64,000 nucleotides of DNA from Schmidtea polychroa (Eukaryota): assembly GCA_044892525.1 (NCBI GenBank), contig CM097885.1:5396001-5460000 (forward strand), in the 5' to 3' direction. A program made the translations under genes and the position numbers. This document shows positions 26,836 through 40,800 of the stretch, in pieces. How positions within the stretch are numbered: position 1 is the first letter of the stretch; each line of letters begins with the position of its first letter. The notes under the pieces are model-generated. The model worked only from the letters and a program-made list of their open reading frames with translations, was not told the DNA's origin and made no database searches.

Positions 26836-26941
26836 TTGGATTTTTTGTCATTTTTTAAATTTTTATTATAAAAAATGAATAATATAAATCTTAAAAAATA
26901 AAATGAAAACAGGGTATCCAATAAAAAATCTTTTTCTAAAA

Positions 26942-29900
26942 ATGAATTGTAATATTTGTAATAAAGTTTTTTAAAATAAAACTGGATTAATTTCTCATTT
27001 AAAATCGAAAGCTCATTTATTAAAAGAAAATAATCTTAATGATACAAATTCAAAACTTTGTCTTAAATGTAAAGGAAGATTTCTACATTCTGGATATAAT
27101 AAACATTTTGAAAATTGTATCGGGAAAAATAGAGAAATATTTACATGTCCTCATTGTAACTTTTCAACAAAAGTAAATTTCTATTATTTAGAACATATAA
27201 AAGAATGTAAAAATAAAAAACAAAATCCTGACGATGAGGAATGTCATTCAGAAGGAGAACCTGATCATGTTGAAAGAGAAAAATATAACTGGGATGATTT
27301 TAATCATGTAGATGAATTTTAATTAGAAATCAATGGACCTATAACTCCGGGAGAATATATAAATAAAAATAAAAAATATATTAAAAATTCTTTCACTGAA
27401 GCTTTAAAAAATTATAAACCGACAAGGTATAATGTTATAAAATATAAAATTATAATCAAAGCAAAATACTGGCGAGGAGCAGAAGAAAAGACAACACCCT
27501 TAGATGTTGAAATTGGAATACCTTTTAAATATTTATTTTCAATTAAAGGATTTGATAAAACCATCAAAGAAATAATTAAAGCAGCAGAAGCAAAACAAGA
27601 GGAAGTAGAAAATGAATTAGGAGATTCAAACTTAGTATTCAACTCTTTCCAAACTTTAGTGATTGATTATTGGAGAGGATTACCACCCAATCCTAAATCT
27701 TATATTCCTACACCCTTTAAATCTAAAAATGTTATAAATGTACAGAATAATGATAACAAATGTTTCATCTGGTCAATACTTGCACATTTACATCCTCAAG
27801 CAACAAATCCCCAAAGAGTTTCAAAATACAAACAATATGAAAATGAATTAATATTTCCCAAAGGATTCAAACACCCAATGAAACTAGAAGACATTCCAGA
27901 ATTTGAAAAATTAAATAATCTTAAACTTAATATTTATGAACATGTTATAGGGAAAGAAATTATTCCAATTTATATTTCAGATAGTGGAACCAAGGATAAC
28001 GGAGCACAGGACAACGAGATATATCTTTTAATCTTGGAACAAGAAAATAATCAACATTATGTTTTAATAAAAAACTTTCAAGCTTTTACATCTCCAGAGA
28101 ATCCAACTAGTGGAGGAGGAACATGTAAAAGATGTCTTCATTATTCAACAACTAAAAACTCTATGATTAAACATACAAGATTTTGTGAAAAAGATGATCC
28201 AGCTTTAATTAAAATGCCTAATAATCCCAAGATGTATTTTAAAAACTTTTCAAATTTACTACAAACAGTTGGAGTTCTTTATGGTGACTTTGAATCTATA
28301 AACCATAAACAAGATTTGGTTTATCAATATTTAAAAATAATAGAAAAAAATAAACTCATGGATTTATGGAACTCCTCAGGAGAGAAGATGAAACCAGAGA
28401 GGATGAAAGCCTTTCTAAGAAAAAGAAATAAACCTAATAGTGTTAAAAAAACTAAACAATTACCATCTGCTTATAAATTATTATTTAAAAGTAATTATCC
28501 TGAACTCATAGAATCTAGAGAATATTCAATTCTAGGAGGTACCCCTGAAGAAGTCTTGAATCATTTTACTAAAAGTATAAATGATCTAGAACATGAAATA
28601 TTTAAAATATTAAAAACAAAGTATCCTCAAAATATTTCTAATCAACAACAACAAGAATATGAAAATACTTCCAACTGTTGGATGTGTAAACAGAATATTC
28701 TTCCTGATGAAAAAGTTATAGATCATGATCATTTAAAAAAGGAAAATAATTATCGAGGAGCAGCTCATAAAAATTGCAATCTTAATTGCCATACTCCTAA
28801 ATTTATACCTGTTATATTTCATAATCTTTTTGGATATGACATACATCTATTTATTAAACATTTAGCAGCAAATGCTAAAAACTCTTTCAAAGTTATCGGC
28901 TTAACAAAGGAAAAATATAAATCAGTTGAATATGGGAAATTAAAATTTATAGACTCGTTAAACTTTCTTCAAATGTCTCTAGATGGAATAGCTAAAACAA
29001 TGAAACCAGAAGATTTTAAAATCACTCGAGAATTCTTGGAAAAAAATAATATTCCTCTAGAAGAATATCCTACATGTTTAGCAAAAGGAATATATCCTTA
29101 TGACTATGTTGACTCGTTTGAAAGATATAATGAAACAATTCTTCCTAACAAAGAAGATTTCTTTTCAAACTTACTACAATCAGGGATTACAGATCAAGAA
29201 TATTCTCGAGCATTAAAAATGTGGGAATTATTCAAGTGTAAAACTTTAGGAGAATATACCAACATGTATTTATCCTTAGATGTTTATATTCTAGCAGATT
29301 GCTTTGAAGAATTTACAAACTCTTTTGTTCTTAAACCTTATAATTATATAACTGCACCCTCTTTAGCTTGGGATACTATGTTATATACCATTTGGACTTC
29401 AAATATAGAAGAAGCTGATAAAATTATAGATCTTTTAACTAACCTCGATATGTTTAATCTAATTAAAACAAACATTAGAGGAGGAGTCTCTTCAGTAATG
29501 GGGAATAGAGAAATAAAAGCTAGAAATGCAATAACTACTAGCCGAAGACTATCTAAACACCCTGATGATCCATATATGAAAATTAACAATGAGGAATTAA
29601 AAGAATTATTAGAAACAATGAAAAATCCTATATTTATACTTTATATAGATGCAACAGCTTTATATTCAGGAATTATGACTCAATATTTACCAATGAGTGA
29701 TTTCACTGAAATAGAGAACCCAACAGATGACCTTATGAAAGAAATACTTTCAACATCGAAAGATTCTCCAATAGGTTACTTTATAGAATGTGACCTCGAC
29801 TATCCAGATGATATAAAATCAGGAACAAGATATTTTCCTTTAGCTCCCATAAGAAGAAAGATTGATATCAACGAACTTTCTGAATGGCAAATCTCACAAG

Positions 29901-30619
29901 ATAAACCTCCAACAATGAAACTTCTTTGTGATCAAACAGATCGAAGGTTTTATCTTTGTCACTATAGACTCCTCCAATTTTATCTCTCACGAGGAATGAT
30001 ATTAAAAAAAGTTCATAGTGTCATAAGATTTAAACAAGCTCCATTCATGAAAGCTTTTATCGAGGAGAACATTAGGTGTCGAAACATTGCAAAAAGAGAA
30101 GGTAACCTTTTTAAAGATAATAATTATAAAATTTTAAACAATTCAGTATTTGGGAAAACAATGGAGAATGTTGATAAATATACTCATATTGAACTCCTAA
30201 CAAATACTACCAAAGATATTAAGCGTTATAATCGCATGCTAGGAAAGCCTACATTTAAAAACGCACAAGTATTTTCTGAAAATCTTACTGCAGTAGAATT
30301 AAAAAATTATGGGAAAACATATAACAAACCAATATTTATAGGGTTTACAATTTTAGAACTTTCAAAATTACAAATGTATGAAACATATTATAACATCTTA
30401 CAACCTATATACAGAGCAAATATATCAATGCATGCAATGGATACAGATTCAATGTTTTTAACAATAAGAACTCATGATTTACAAAAAGATATGAAAGAAA
30501 ATCCTATACTTTCAAATTTAATAAATTCATCTGGAGAACTATTTTCGTTTAAAGATGAAAAACCTTTTACTCCTATAGAAAATGGAATATTTATTCGTGC
30601 TAAACAATATTCATACGAA
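26942..30619 (+). pseudogene. polB: Protein-primed family B DNA polymerase, 5' part (zinc fingers, exonuclease with EndoVII-like insert, polymerase motifs A-C); disrupted
   Basis: ATG 26942 is in frame with ORF 27659-30628, with in-frame TAA stops at 26972 and 27320. Motifs DFES, FHNLFGYD, YIDATALY, KILNNSVFGK, DTDS, and CWMC...DHDH...RGAAHKNCN. Interrupted by element B after codons Y-E. Confidence 0.93.
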
Positions 30620-30736
30620 AGTAGGTAGATAGTAGCCCACTGCAGCAATGACCCCCCCCCCCCGGGGGGGGGGGGTTCTGCTGCAACTTTTTTTTTGCTG
30701 CAACTTTTTTTTGCTGCAACTTTTGATTACGCAATT

Positions 30737-31690
30737 TTTCAGACTATAGTGAGGGGGTCTCGATGGTCCTGGGATTTTCAATACAAAAAAATTTTTTCAA
30801 TACAAAAACGATGGTCCTGGGATTTTCAATACAAATAAAATTTTTTCAATACAAAAAGGCGGTCTCACTAAAAAAGCATGGAATTTTCAGACTATAGTGA
30901 GGGGGTCTCGATGGTCCTGGGATTTTCAATACAAAAAAAATTTTTCTATACAAAAACGATGGTCCTGGGATTTTCAATACAAAAAAAATTTTCTATACAA
31001 AAATCCGACTACCAATAAAAAAGCAAGGATTATTCACGCTATAGTGAAGGGGTCTCGATGGTCCTGGGATTTTCAATACAAAAAAAATTTTTCTATACAA
31101 AAATCCGACTACCACTAAAAAAGCATAGAATTTTCAGACTATAGTGAGGGGGTCTCGATGGTCCTGGGATTTTCAATACAAAAATCCGACTATCAATAAA
31201 AAAGTCAAGGATTTATCAGACTATAGTGAGGGGGTCTCGATGGTCCTCGGATTTTCAATACAAAAAAAAATTTTTCTATACAAAAACGATGGTCCTGGGA
31301 TTTTCAATACAAAAAAAATTTTTCAATACAAAAACGATGGTCCTGGGATTTTCAATACAAAAATCCGACTATCAATAAAAAAGTCAAGGATTTATCAGAC
31401 TATAGTGAGGGGTTCTCGATGGTCCTGGGATTTTCAATACAAATAAAATTTTTTCAATACAAAAACGATGGTCCTGGGATTTTCAATACAAAAAGCTGGT
31501 CTACACTAAAAAAGCATGGTAATTTAAGGTCTCAGGATATTTTCAATACAAAAAGCTGGTCTACACTAAAAAAGCATGGTAATTTAAGGTCTCAGAATAT
31601 TTTCAATACAAAAATCTGGTCTACACTAAAAAAGCCAAGGATTTTTCAGACTATAGTGAGGTGAGTCTCCTTGGTCCTGAGAAATATGTG
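30737..31690 (+). repeat. Subterminal modular repeats of element B (gactatagtgagggggtctcgatggtcctgggattttcaatacaaaa)
   Basis: The ctatagtga module recurs about 7 times on the left, and the ggtcctgggattttcaatac sub-module more often; only about 3 mirrored copies lie at about 46165-46520. Confidence 0.9.
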
Positions 31691-31714
31691 GTCTACACTA
31701 AAAACGTGGTAAAT

Positions 31715-32360
31715 TTTTCAATTAAAGTAAATAATGGTTCTAAAAAATTAAATTACAGTAAATTATGGCTCAAATTTTTAAATTACAGTAAATTATGGTC
31801 CAAATTTTTAAATTAAAGTAAATTATGGTTCTAAAAATTAAATTAAAGTAAATTATGGCTCAAATTTTTCAATTACAGTAAATAATGGTTCTAAAAATTA
31901 AATTACAGTAAATAATGGTTCTAAAAATTAAATTAAAGTAAATTATGGTTCTAAAATATTAAATTACAGTAAATTATGGTCCAGATTTTTCAATTAAAGT
32001 AAATAATGGTCCTAAAAAATTAAATTACAGTAAATTATGGTCCAAATTTTTCTATTACAGTTAATTATGGTCCTAAAAAATTAAATTAAAGTAAATTATG
32101 GCTCAAATTTTTCAATTACAGTAAATAATAGTTCTAAAAATTGAATTAAAGTAAATTATGGTTCTAAAAATTGAAATTACAGTAAATTATGGTCTAAAAA
32201 TTGAAATTACAGTAAATTATGGTTCTAAAAATTAAATTAAAGTAAATAATGGTTCTAAAAATTGAATTAAAGTAAATTATAGTTCTAAAAATTAAATTAA
32301 AGTAAATTATGGTCCTAAAAAATTAAATTAAAAGTAAATTATGGTCCAAATTTTAAAATT
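31715..32360 (+). repeat. About 30-31-bp tandem minisatellite (aattacagtaaattatggttctaaaaatta); mirrored at about 45485-46160
   Basis: About 20 degenerate tandem units visible. Confidence 0.9.
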
Positions 32361-32714
32361 AAGTAATCAATGGTAAAAAATTTTAAATAAGTAAATTAAA
32401 GTAATAATTTTTAAATTAAGTAATCAATGGTAAAAAATTTTAAATAAGTAAATTAAAGTAAGATTTTAAAAATTTAATTACAAAAAGTTGAAGGTGTTTG
32501 AGAATTGAAATTTTTTAATGAAAATTTTTATGAAATATTTTTCAATGGTAATTTTTTATGGAAATTTTTATGAAATATTTTTCAATGGTAATTTTTAATG
32601 AAAATTTTTATGAAATATTTTTCAATGATAATTTTAGATGGAAATTTTTAAGATAACTTTTAATGAAAATTTTTATGAAATATTTTTCAAAGACAAATTT
32701 TAATAATAATTCAA

Positions 32715-33880
32715 CAACAAACCAACAACTTAGTACCAACAACCAGTAACTTACGAACATGTAGTTACAACCAGATACCTACAACTAGTTACTAACAACT
32801 AGTTACCTGCTACCAAGTACTTACAACTAGATACCACGTACTAACTAACTCTCAAACAACCAGATACTTACAACCAATTACCACCTACCCATTAACTAGC
32901 TACAACCAGCTAACTAGGTACCTGATACCAAGTACTAACAACCAGTTACCAACTACTAAGCACCTACAACCACCTACAAAGTACATATAACCAACCAACT
33001 AGGTACTAGATACCAAGTACTTGCAACCAACATCAACCAGGTACTAAGCATTAATTACCAACTACTAAGTACCTACAACCACCTACCCATTAACTAGCTA
33101 CAACCAGTTAACAGCAACCAACCAACTACCAAGTACTAACAACCAAAAACAAGCAACCAACTAGGTACCAAGCATCATCAACTAGATACCAAGTACCTTC
33201 AACCAACTAGCTACCACCTACCAATTAACTAGCTACAACCAGCTAACTAGGTACTAGATACCAAGTACTAACAACCAGTTACCAACTACTAAGCATTAAT
33301 TACCTACAACTAGTTACTAAAAACTAGTTACCTGATAGCAAGTACTTACAACTAGATACCACGCACTAACTAACTCTCAAACAACCAGATACTTACAACC
33401 AGTTACCAACTACTAACTACCTACAACCACCTACTAAGTACCAACAACCGACAACAACCAAGTACTAAGCATTAATTACCACCTACCAAGTACTAACAAC
33501 CAACAACAACCAGCTAACAACTAACTACCACCTACCAAGTACCTACAACCAACTACCAAGTACCAAGTACTAACAACTAGGTACCAGATACCAAGTACTA
33601 ACAACCACCAACAACCAGATACCTACAACTAGTTACTAACAACCAGTTACCTGCTACTAAGTACCTACAACCAACTAGCTACCACCTACCAAGTACCAAC
33701 AACCACCTACCCATTAACTAGCTACTAAGTACTAACAACTAACTACCACCTACCAAGTACATACAACCAACATCAACCAGGTACTAAGTATTATCAACCA
33801 AGTACTAACAACCAAGTAACTTACCTAGTACTAAGCACTGTCAACTAGATACCAAACACTTACAACCAGATGACCACATG
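32715..33880 (+). repeat. C/A-rich shuffled short-word repeat; G/T-rich mirror at about 43965-45130
   Basis: Recombined words such as accaagtact, aacaacc, ccagatac and aactagtt, with strong strand asymmetry. Confidence 0.85.
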
Positions 33881-34312
33881 AAATTATTGGTTAAATATGA
33901 AAATAAGGGTTATAATTAGTTGTTTAGTAAATTATGGTGTAAAATTAAGTAATAAAGGATAAATAGGCAAATTAAGGATAAGTAAATTAAAGTTAAAAAT
34001 TTTAAATAAGTAAATTAAGGTTCAAAATTTTAAATTAAAGGAAACAATGGTTTAAATTTTATATTAAAGCTAAATGAATAAATTAAAGTAATAATTTTTA
34101 AATAAGTAATGTAATAAGTAAATTAAACTAAGATTTTTAAATTTATTAACAAAAAATAGAAGGTGTTTGAGAATTGAAATTTTTTAATGAAAATTTTTAT
34201 GAAATAATTTTTAGGATAATTTTTAATGAAAATTTTTATGAAATATTTTTTAAGTTAATTTTTAATGGAAATTTTAATGGAATAATAATAATAATAAAAA
34301 TAATAATAATAG

Positions 34313-34343
<31 letters not shown>

Positions 34344-34761
34344 TCAACAGTTACCAACAATCGGTTACTAAATATTTTTAACTAGGTGCTAACAAATACT
34401 TACAACATGATACCACGTACTAACTAACTCTCAAACAACCAGATACTTACAACTAACTACTAAATATTCTTCACTGTATTTTATGAAATGCTTTTTAAAT
34501 TAATTTTTTATCTATCTACAAAAATATATTTAATTACAATCATTAGAAAAACCTTTTCAAATTTAACAAAAATGTTGATTTTCATCAAAAAACCACAACT
34601 CATCACCACGTGAAATTCAAAATAATTTAAATTACAATGAAAGACTAATGAATTCTAATTTACAAAACATTCTTCTTTTAAATGATAACTACTGACTTAT
34701 TATTGCAATGTAAAAATTGCATTCAATAAATACTTATTGTTGATCAGTTTTATTATATATA

Positions 34762-37700
34762 CTCTGAGTTTATCCGACAGGATGTTTTGACCCCCTAAGG
34801 GTACAGGTCGTAAGGGTACTGGTCGCAAGGGTACTGGTCGTAAAGGTACTAGTCGTAGGGGTATTGGTAACACTCAACCACAACCTACCCATTAACTAGC
34901 TACTAAGTACTAACAACCAGTTACCTGATACCAACTACTAACAACCACCATCAAAACCCATCGAGAAATTAACAAATATCAACCTACAACTATATAACAA
35001 CAACCAATAAACAACACTGTACCAACTACCATATACAAGATACCAACAACTTAGTACCAACAATCAACTAACCACACATAAAAATAATAGCAATTAAATA
35101 CAAAATACTCTTCATCACATACACTATTTTCTTATCAAAATCTAAAAAGTCAACCAACTACTTACAACCAACAACTATGTACTAACAAATTGATCTTTAA
35201 AAGCAAATACTCATCACTTGAAAAATTAGATGGAAAATTAATTGAACTCAAGGCATCAATAACTTGATAAAAATTGATTAAATTATTGTAAAAAATTTAA
35301 ATTATTCGAAATAAATATCATAAAAATTTAATTAATGGACAAGAAAAAATTCTAATCATCCAATAAATAAAAAAAAATGCTGATCATTCAAGTTGAATCA
35401 ACTAAGATAATAAATTAATAAGATAAGATCTAGTAGATAATTGATTTAGATTGAATAAATTATTTGAAATAAAATTAATTTTAAGTATTTTTTTTAAAAG
35501 TAATACATGTACTCAAATCTATTTACTAATTCCTCAATATATTCAAAAAATCAGTATGAATTCATTAAAATTATCAAAGTCAGCAATCTACAATAAAAAT
35601 AATTATCATTAAATTCCAAAAGAGACTAGATAACTAATGATAACATCTAACAAACCAGTAAATTCATTTAAATAATTGGTATATTCAAGCGAATTCTCTA
35701 ATAAAATCATCTAAAAAGAATCATTTTCCCTGAAATATATCAATATTTAAAGATTGGTATCTTATCGATAAGTACTTGTTAAAGATCATATATTCACCTC
35801 GAACTAACAAGATTCCTTAAAATCCCTCAAATGACTATATTTCTACCCTTAATTCGTATTATTACAAATATTTCACTAAAATCATCTAAAAAGCATCAAA
35901 TTTCCCTGAAATAACTATATCTTTAAAGATTAGTATTTTATCGATAAATATCCTTAAAAGGTTATATATTTACCTCTGACTAATAAGATTGCTTAAAATC
36001 CCTTTTTATCACGAATATTTCCTTATAAAACATGTAAAATCATTAACCCTAAAGAATTTATAAAATCTAATGACAAAACCGGTTATAATAAAATTTTTGT
36101 TAATCACTGTAAATTTTTGTAAATCACTGTACTCGAAATTTAAAATAAATATAACTGACTAGGTCCCATTGAAAGATTAAATTTATCCATTCAATAAAAT
36201 ATATTTCTTCAAATGATCATTTTACCGATATTCAACCGATTTAATTACTAATTAAAATCAAGATTTCTTCCAATAAAGATCAATTTTATTTAGTTGTCGA
36301 TGTTTTAAATCAATATTTCTCAACTTTTGTCGTTGTCCGTCTAAATAAAGATAAAAATAATTTAAAGTTGATATCAATCCCAATTATCTGTAAAGTTTTC
36401 ATCGTCAAAACCAAGTAAATCGATCATTATCCCTACTTAATAAAACATTGTTCTAAAATAATTTACTATGCATTAATCACAACCTAATAAAACGATATAA
36501 TTATTATTGATTCATAACTGACTAATGTATTGCAATTTCCTTAAAAAACATTGATATTTTACCAACATCACCCTTAAAAAATCATATATTCCCATCGAAA
36601 CCCTTCCCTCATTAAAAGCAACCGACTATATCTCCCTCACAATAATATATTCCCATCTTAACCCATCTCACATTAAATCTAACCGACTATATCCCCTTAA
36701 AAGATCATATTTTCCCCATCTTAACCGACCTCTCATTAAATCTAACCAACAATATCCCATCTTAACCGATCTCTCATTAAATCTAACCGACTATATCCCT
36801 TTAAAAATCGTATATTCCCATCTTAACCCATCCCTCATTAAATTTAATAACCGACAATATCCCATCTTATCCAATCTCTCAGCAAATATTTCTACCCTTT
36901 TAAACATCTAACCGAATATATCCTTCAATTCTACCCACTTGAATCCTCCTTTAATTCAATTCAGTCTTAAAATCTTTAAAGAACTTCAAAAATATGACTT
37001 AATTGTTATAGACACCAAATATTCTTCCATTGAAATAATTTAGTAGCTATGTAGTAAGAGTTCACTAAAAGATCAAAAATCAATATTTTCTACAAATATT
37101 TACCATCAAATACTGGAGATGATATATATTGATTGATCATAATTCTTCATCGATTCAACCAATCATTTTCAAGTAAGTTAACTGGTTTCTTAGCTCATGT
37201 TTTTTAAAGTTCATCAATGAGTAAATATTCTTAGAAAAATATTGAAAACATTATTTAGTCAAATACATTACAAAGTTATCATCAAAAATCACTTAATTAT
37301 TAACCTAATTGTCAATGAAATTAATTTTTATTTAAAAACTATTCAATAAAATACAACTAATTATCAAGAAATTAATTAAATTTATCATAGAACTAACTTT
37401 AAATATTCATTCAATAAACATGAAATTCACAAAAAACGATAAAAATTCACAAAAATAATAGAAATTCACAAAAATAATAGAAATTCACAAAAATAATAGA
37501 AATTCACAAAATTGATAAAAATTCACAAAAAACGATAAAAATTCACAAGAATGATAGAAATTCACAAGAATGATAAAAATCCACAAGAATAATAGAAATT
37601 CACAAGAATGATAGAAATTCATAAAAATGATAGAAATTCATAAAAATGATAGAAATTCACAAAAAAGATAGAAATTTACTTGAATAAAACCATCAACTCT

Positions 37701-37865
37701 AAAAATTATCAATGAATGCCTTATACAAATTTGCCTAAATAATCATTCAAATAAAAACATTAAATACCTTTACAACTAATACCCTTGCGACATGTTGAAT
37801 GTGAGTAGTACCCTTGTGAGCAATACCCATAGGGGGACAGAATATTTTGTCGGATAAACTCAGAG
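34762..37865. mobile_element. TA-flanked non-autonomous TIR element nested in the arm of B (mirror at 39979-43082)
   Basis: 18-bp perfect TIR ctctgagtttatccgaca / tgtcggataaactcagag, flanked by TA on both sides, with subterminal 15-bp repeats (gggtactggtcgtaa). Confidence 0.65.
37420..37680 (+). repeat. 19-bp tandem repeat (aaattcacaaaaataatag); mirror at about 40165-40425
   Basis: About 13 tandem units. Confidence 0.9.
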
Positions 37866-40800
37866 TATATATTAATTAACTCATTTTTCATTGAATTAGT
37901 CAAATTATCATAAATTTCGATAAAAAATCTAAAGTGGTAAGCAATGTAAAGAGAAATATTCTTTAAACTTTGATAAAATTAACAATGAAGGTGGTAAGAA
38001 TCTTCATTAAAGTGAGGAAATTACTCGATGATAAATTCAAATGGGTGAAAATAATTGGTAGAATAATTCATTAATGGAGGTAAATAATGAGAAGTGGCAT
38101 AGATAAGAAGAAGGTTGATAAAAATGTAAATATATTAATTGAATTTATTTAAAATTATTTCATAAAATTCATAAATTTAATAAAAAAAACTTTTAAAACA
38201 AATATTTGTGGGGAATAATTAATCAAAATCGGGGGGATATTAGTGATTAATTAATGGAAAATAGAGAATCGGGGAATATAAGTGAATAATTAATGGAAAT
38301 TCTAGGGAATACAAATGATTAAATAGTGGAAATCGGGGGAATATAGGAGATTAAATAGTGGGATAATGAGAATCGGTGGAATATAAGTGAGAAGGATATG
38401 TAATTTAAACTATTTTATTACATAACAAGCCGTGACTAGTTTATTACATAACAAGCTGTGAATAGTATTTTATTGAAAATTATTGATTAGGTCTTTTTTT
38501 TTTAATTTTTGAATAGGTACTTTAATACCTTAATAATTTAAATGTTTTGATTTACACTAATTAATTTCTAAATCAATTACCATTTTCAATCAATATAAGT
38601 TAATATTCAAATATAAGTCTTCGAAAATATAAATTTTATAAGTAAAGCTTTTTTAAATAAATTTAAATAAGAAATTAATTTATTACCAGTTATATACTTT
38701 AAAACTTTTTTATGTAATAAGACAAAAATTTTGTTGTATAAGTCCTTTAATATTGTAATAATTATTTATTAATAAATTTATTATTCTACACTAAATATTT
38801 CAAAAACAATTATCATATTATTAATTATATTACTCCTTTCAATAAAAATAAGATAAATATTCAAATAAATGACTTATAAAATACAATTAAAATTAAATTC
38901 TTTACACGAAATTTAAAAATATAAATTTTATAAGAAAATGTGAATAAGAAATTGATTTATTAACAGTTATAGACTTCTTAAACTTAATGATGAAATTAGG
39001 TAATAGAAAGTAATTTTTCTTTTTAAAAAGTCCTTTAATATTGTATTCTATTCATTATTAAATTTACTATTTTACACTAAAATATTTTAATTTAGAAAAA
39101 AAAAATCATCATAATATTGAATATAATACTTCAATCAAAATAAGTAAATACTCAAATATATGTCTTATAAAATACAATCAAAATTTAATATTTCACTAAA
39201 TTTTAAGTAAAGTTTTTTAAATTCTCAAATAAATGTTAACACGATATTAATTTATTAATCATTATATACTTTTTAAACTTATTATTGGAATAAAACAATA
39301 GAATGATATTGAAAATATATACAATTTAAAAATACAATAAAAATTAAATTACATACTAGGTAAAATGTTGGTAAAATCCCGTTCACAGCTTGTTATGTAA
39401 TAAACTAGTCACGGCTTGTTATGTAATAAAATAGTTTAAATTACATATCCTTCTCACTTATATTCCACCGATTCTCATTATCCCACTATTTAATCTCCTA
39501 TATTCCCCCGATTTCCACTATTTAATCATTTGTATTCCCTAGAATTTCCATTAATTATTCACTTATATTCCCCGATTCTCTATTTTCCATTAATTAATCA
39601 CTAATATCCCCCCGATTTTGATTAATTATTCCCCACAAATATTTGTTTTAAAAGTTTTTTTTATTAAATTTATGAATTTTATGAAATAATTTTAAATAAA
39701 TTCAATTAATATATTTACATTTTTATCAACCTTCTTCTTATCTATGCCACTTCTCATTATTTACCTCCATTAATGAATTATTCTACCAATTATTTTCACC
39801 CATTTGAATTTATCATCGAGTAATTTCCTCACTTTAATGAAGATTCTTACCACCTTCATTGTTAATTTTATCAAAGTTTAAAGAATATTTCTCTTTACAT
39901 TGCTTACCACTTTAGATTTTTTATCGAAATTTATGATAATTTGACTAATTCAATGAAAAATGAGTTAATTAATATATACTCTGAGTTTATCCGACAAAAT
40001 ATTCTGTCCCCCTATGGGTATTGCTCACAAGGGTACTACTCACATTCAACATGTCGCAAGGGTATTAGTTGTAAAGGTATTTAATGTTTTTATTTGAATG
40101 ATTATTTAGGCAAATTTGTATAAGGCATTCATTGATAATTTTTAGAGTTGATGGTTTTATTCAAGTAAATTTCTATCTTTTTTGTGAATTTCTATCATTT
40201 TTATGAATTTCTATCATTTTTATGAATTTCTATCATTCTTGTGAATTTCTATTATTCTTGTGGATTTTTATCATTCTTGTGAATTTCTATCATTCTTGTG
40301 AATTTTTATCGTTTTTTGTGAATTTTTATCAATTTTGTGAATTTCTATTATTTTTGTGAATTTCTATTATTTTTGTGAATTTCTATTATTTTTGTGAATT
40401 TTTATCGTTTTTTGTGAATTTCATGTTTATTGAATGAATATTTAAAGTTAGTTCTATGATAAATTTAATTAATTTCTTGATAATTAGTTGTATTTTATTG
40501 AATAGTTTTTAAATAAAAATTAATTTCATTGACAATTAGGTTAATAATTAAGTGATTTTTGATGATAACTTTGTAATGTATTTGACTAAATAATGTTTTC
40601 AATATTTTTCTAAGAATATTTACTCATTGATGAACTTTAAAAAACATGAGCTAAGAAACCAGTTAACTTACTTGAAAATGATTGGTTGAATCGATGAAGA
40701 ATTATGATCAATCAATATATATCATCTCCAGTATTTGATGGTAAATATTTGTAGAAAATATTGATTTTTGATCTTTTAGTGAACTCTTACTACATAGCTA

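Noticed and set aside
30744..30760. CTATAGTGAG (part of the reverse-complemented T7 promoter) and a GGTCTC site in B repeats, suggesting vector contamination
   Set aside because: Only 10 bp match, the TCGTATTA part is missing, and the motif is embedded in diverged natural repeats at both ends.
30897..31664. Short ORFs in B repeats (also 34174-34371, 43473-43670, 46211-46396)
   Set aside because: Translations of tandem repeats or low-complexity DNA with no protein motifs.
30737..32360. CRISPR-like array
   Set aside because: The units are tandem or modular repeats without unique spacers; the context is eukaryotic with no cas genes.
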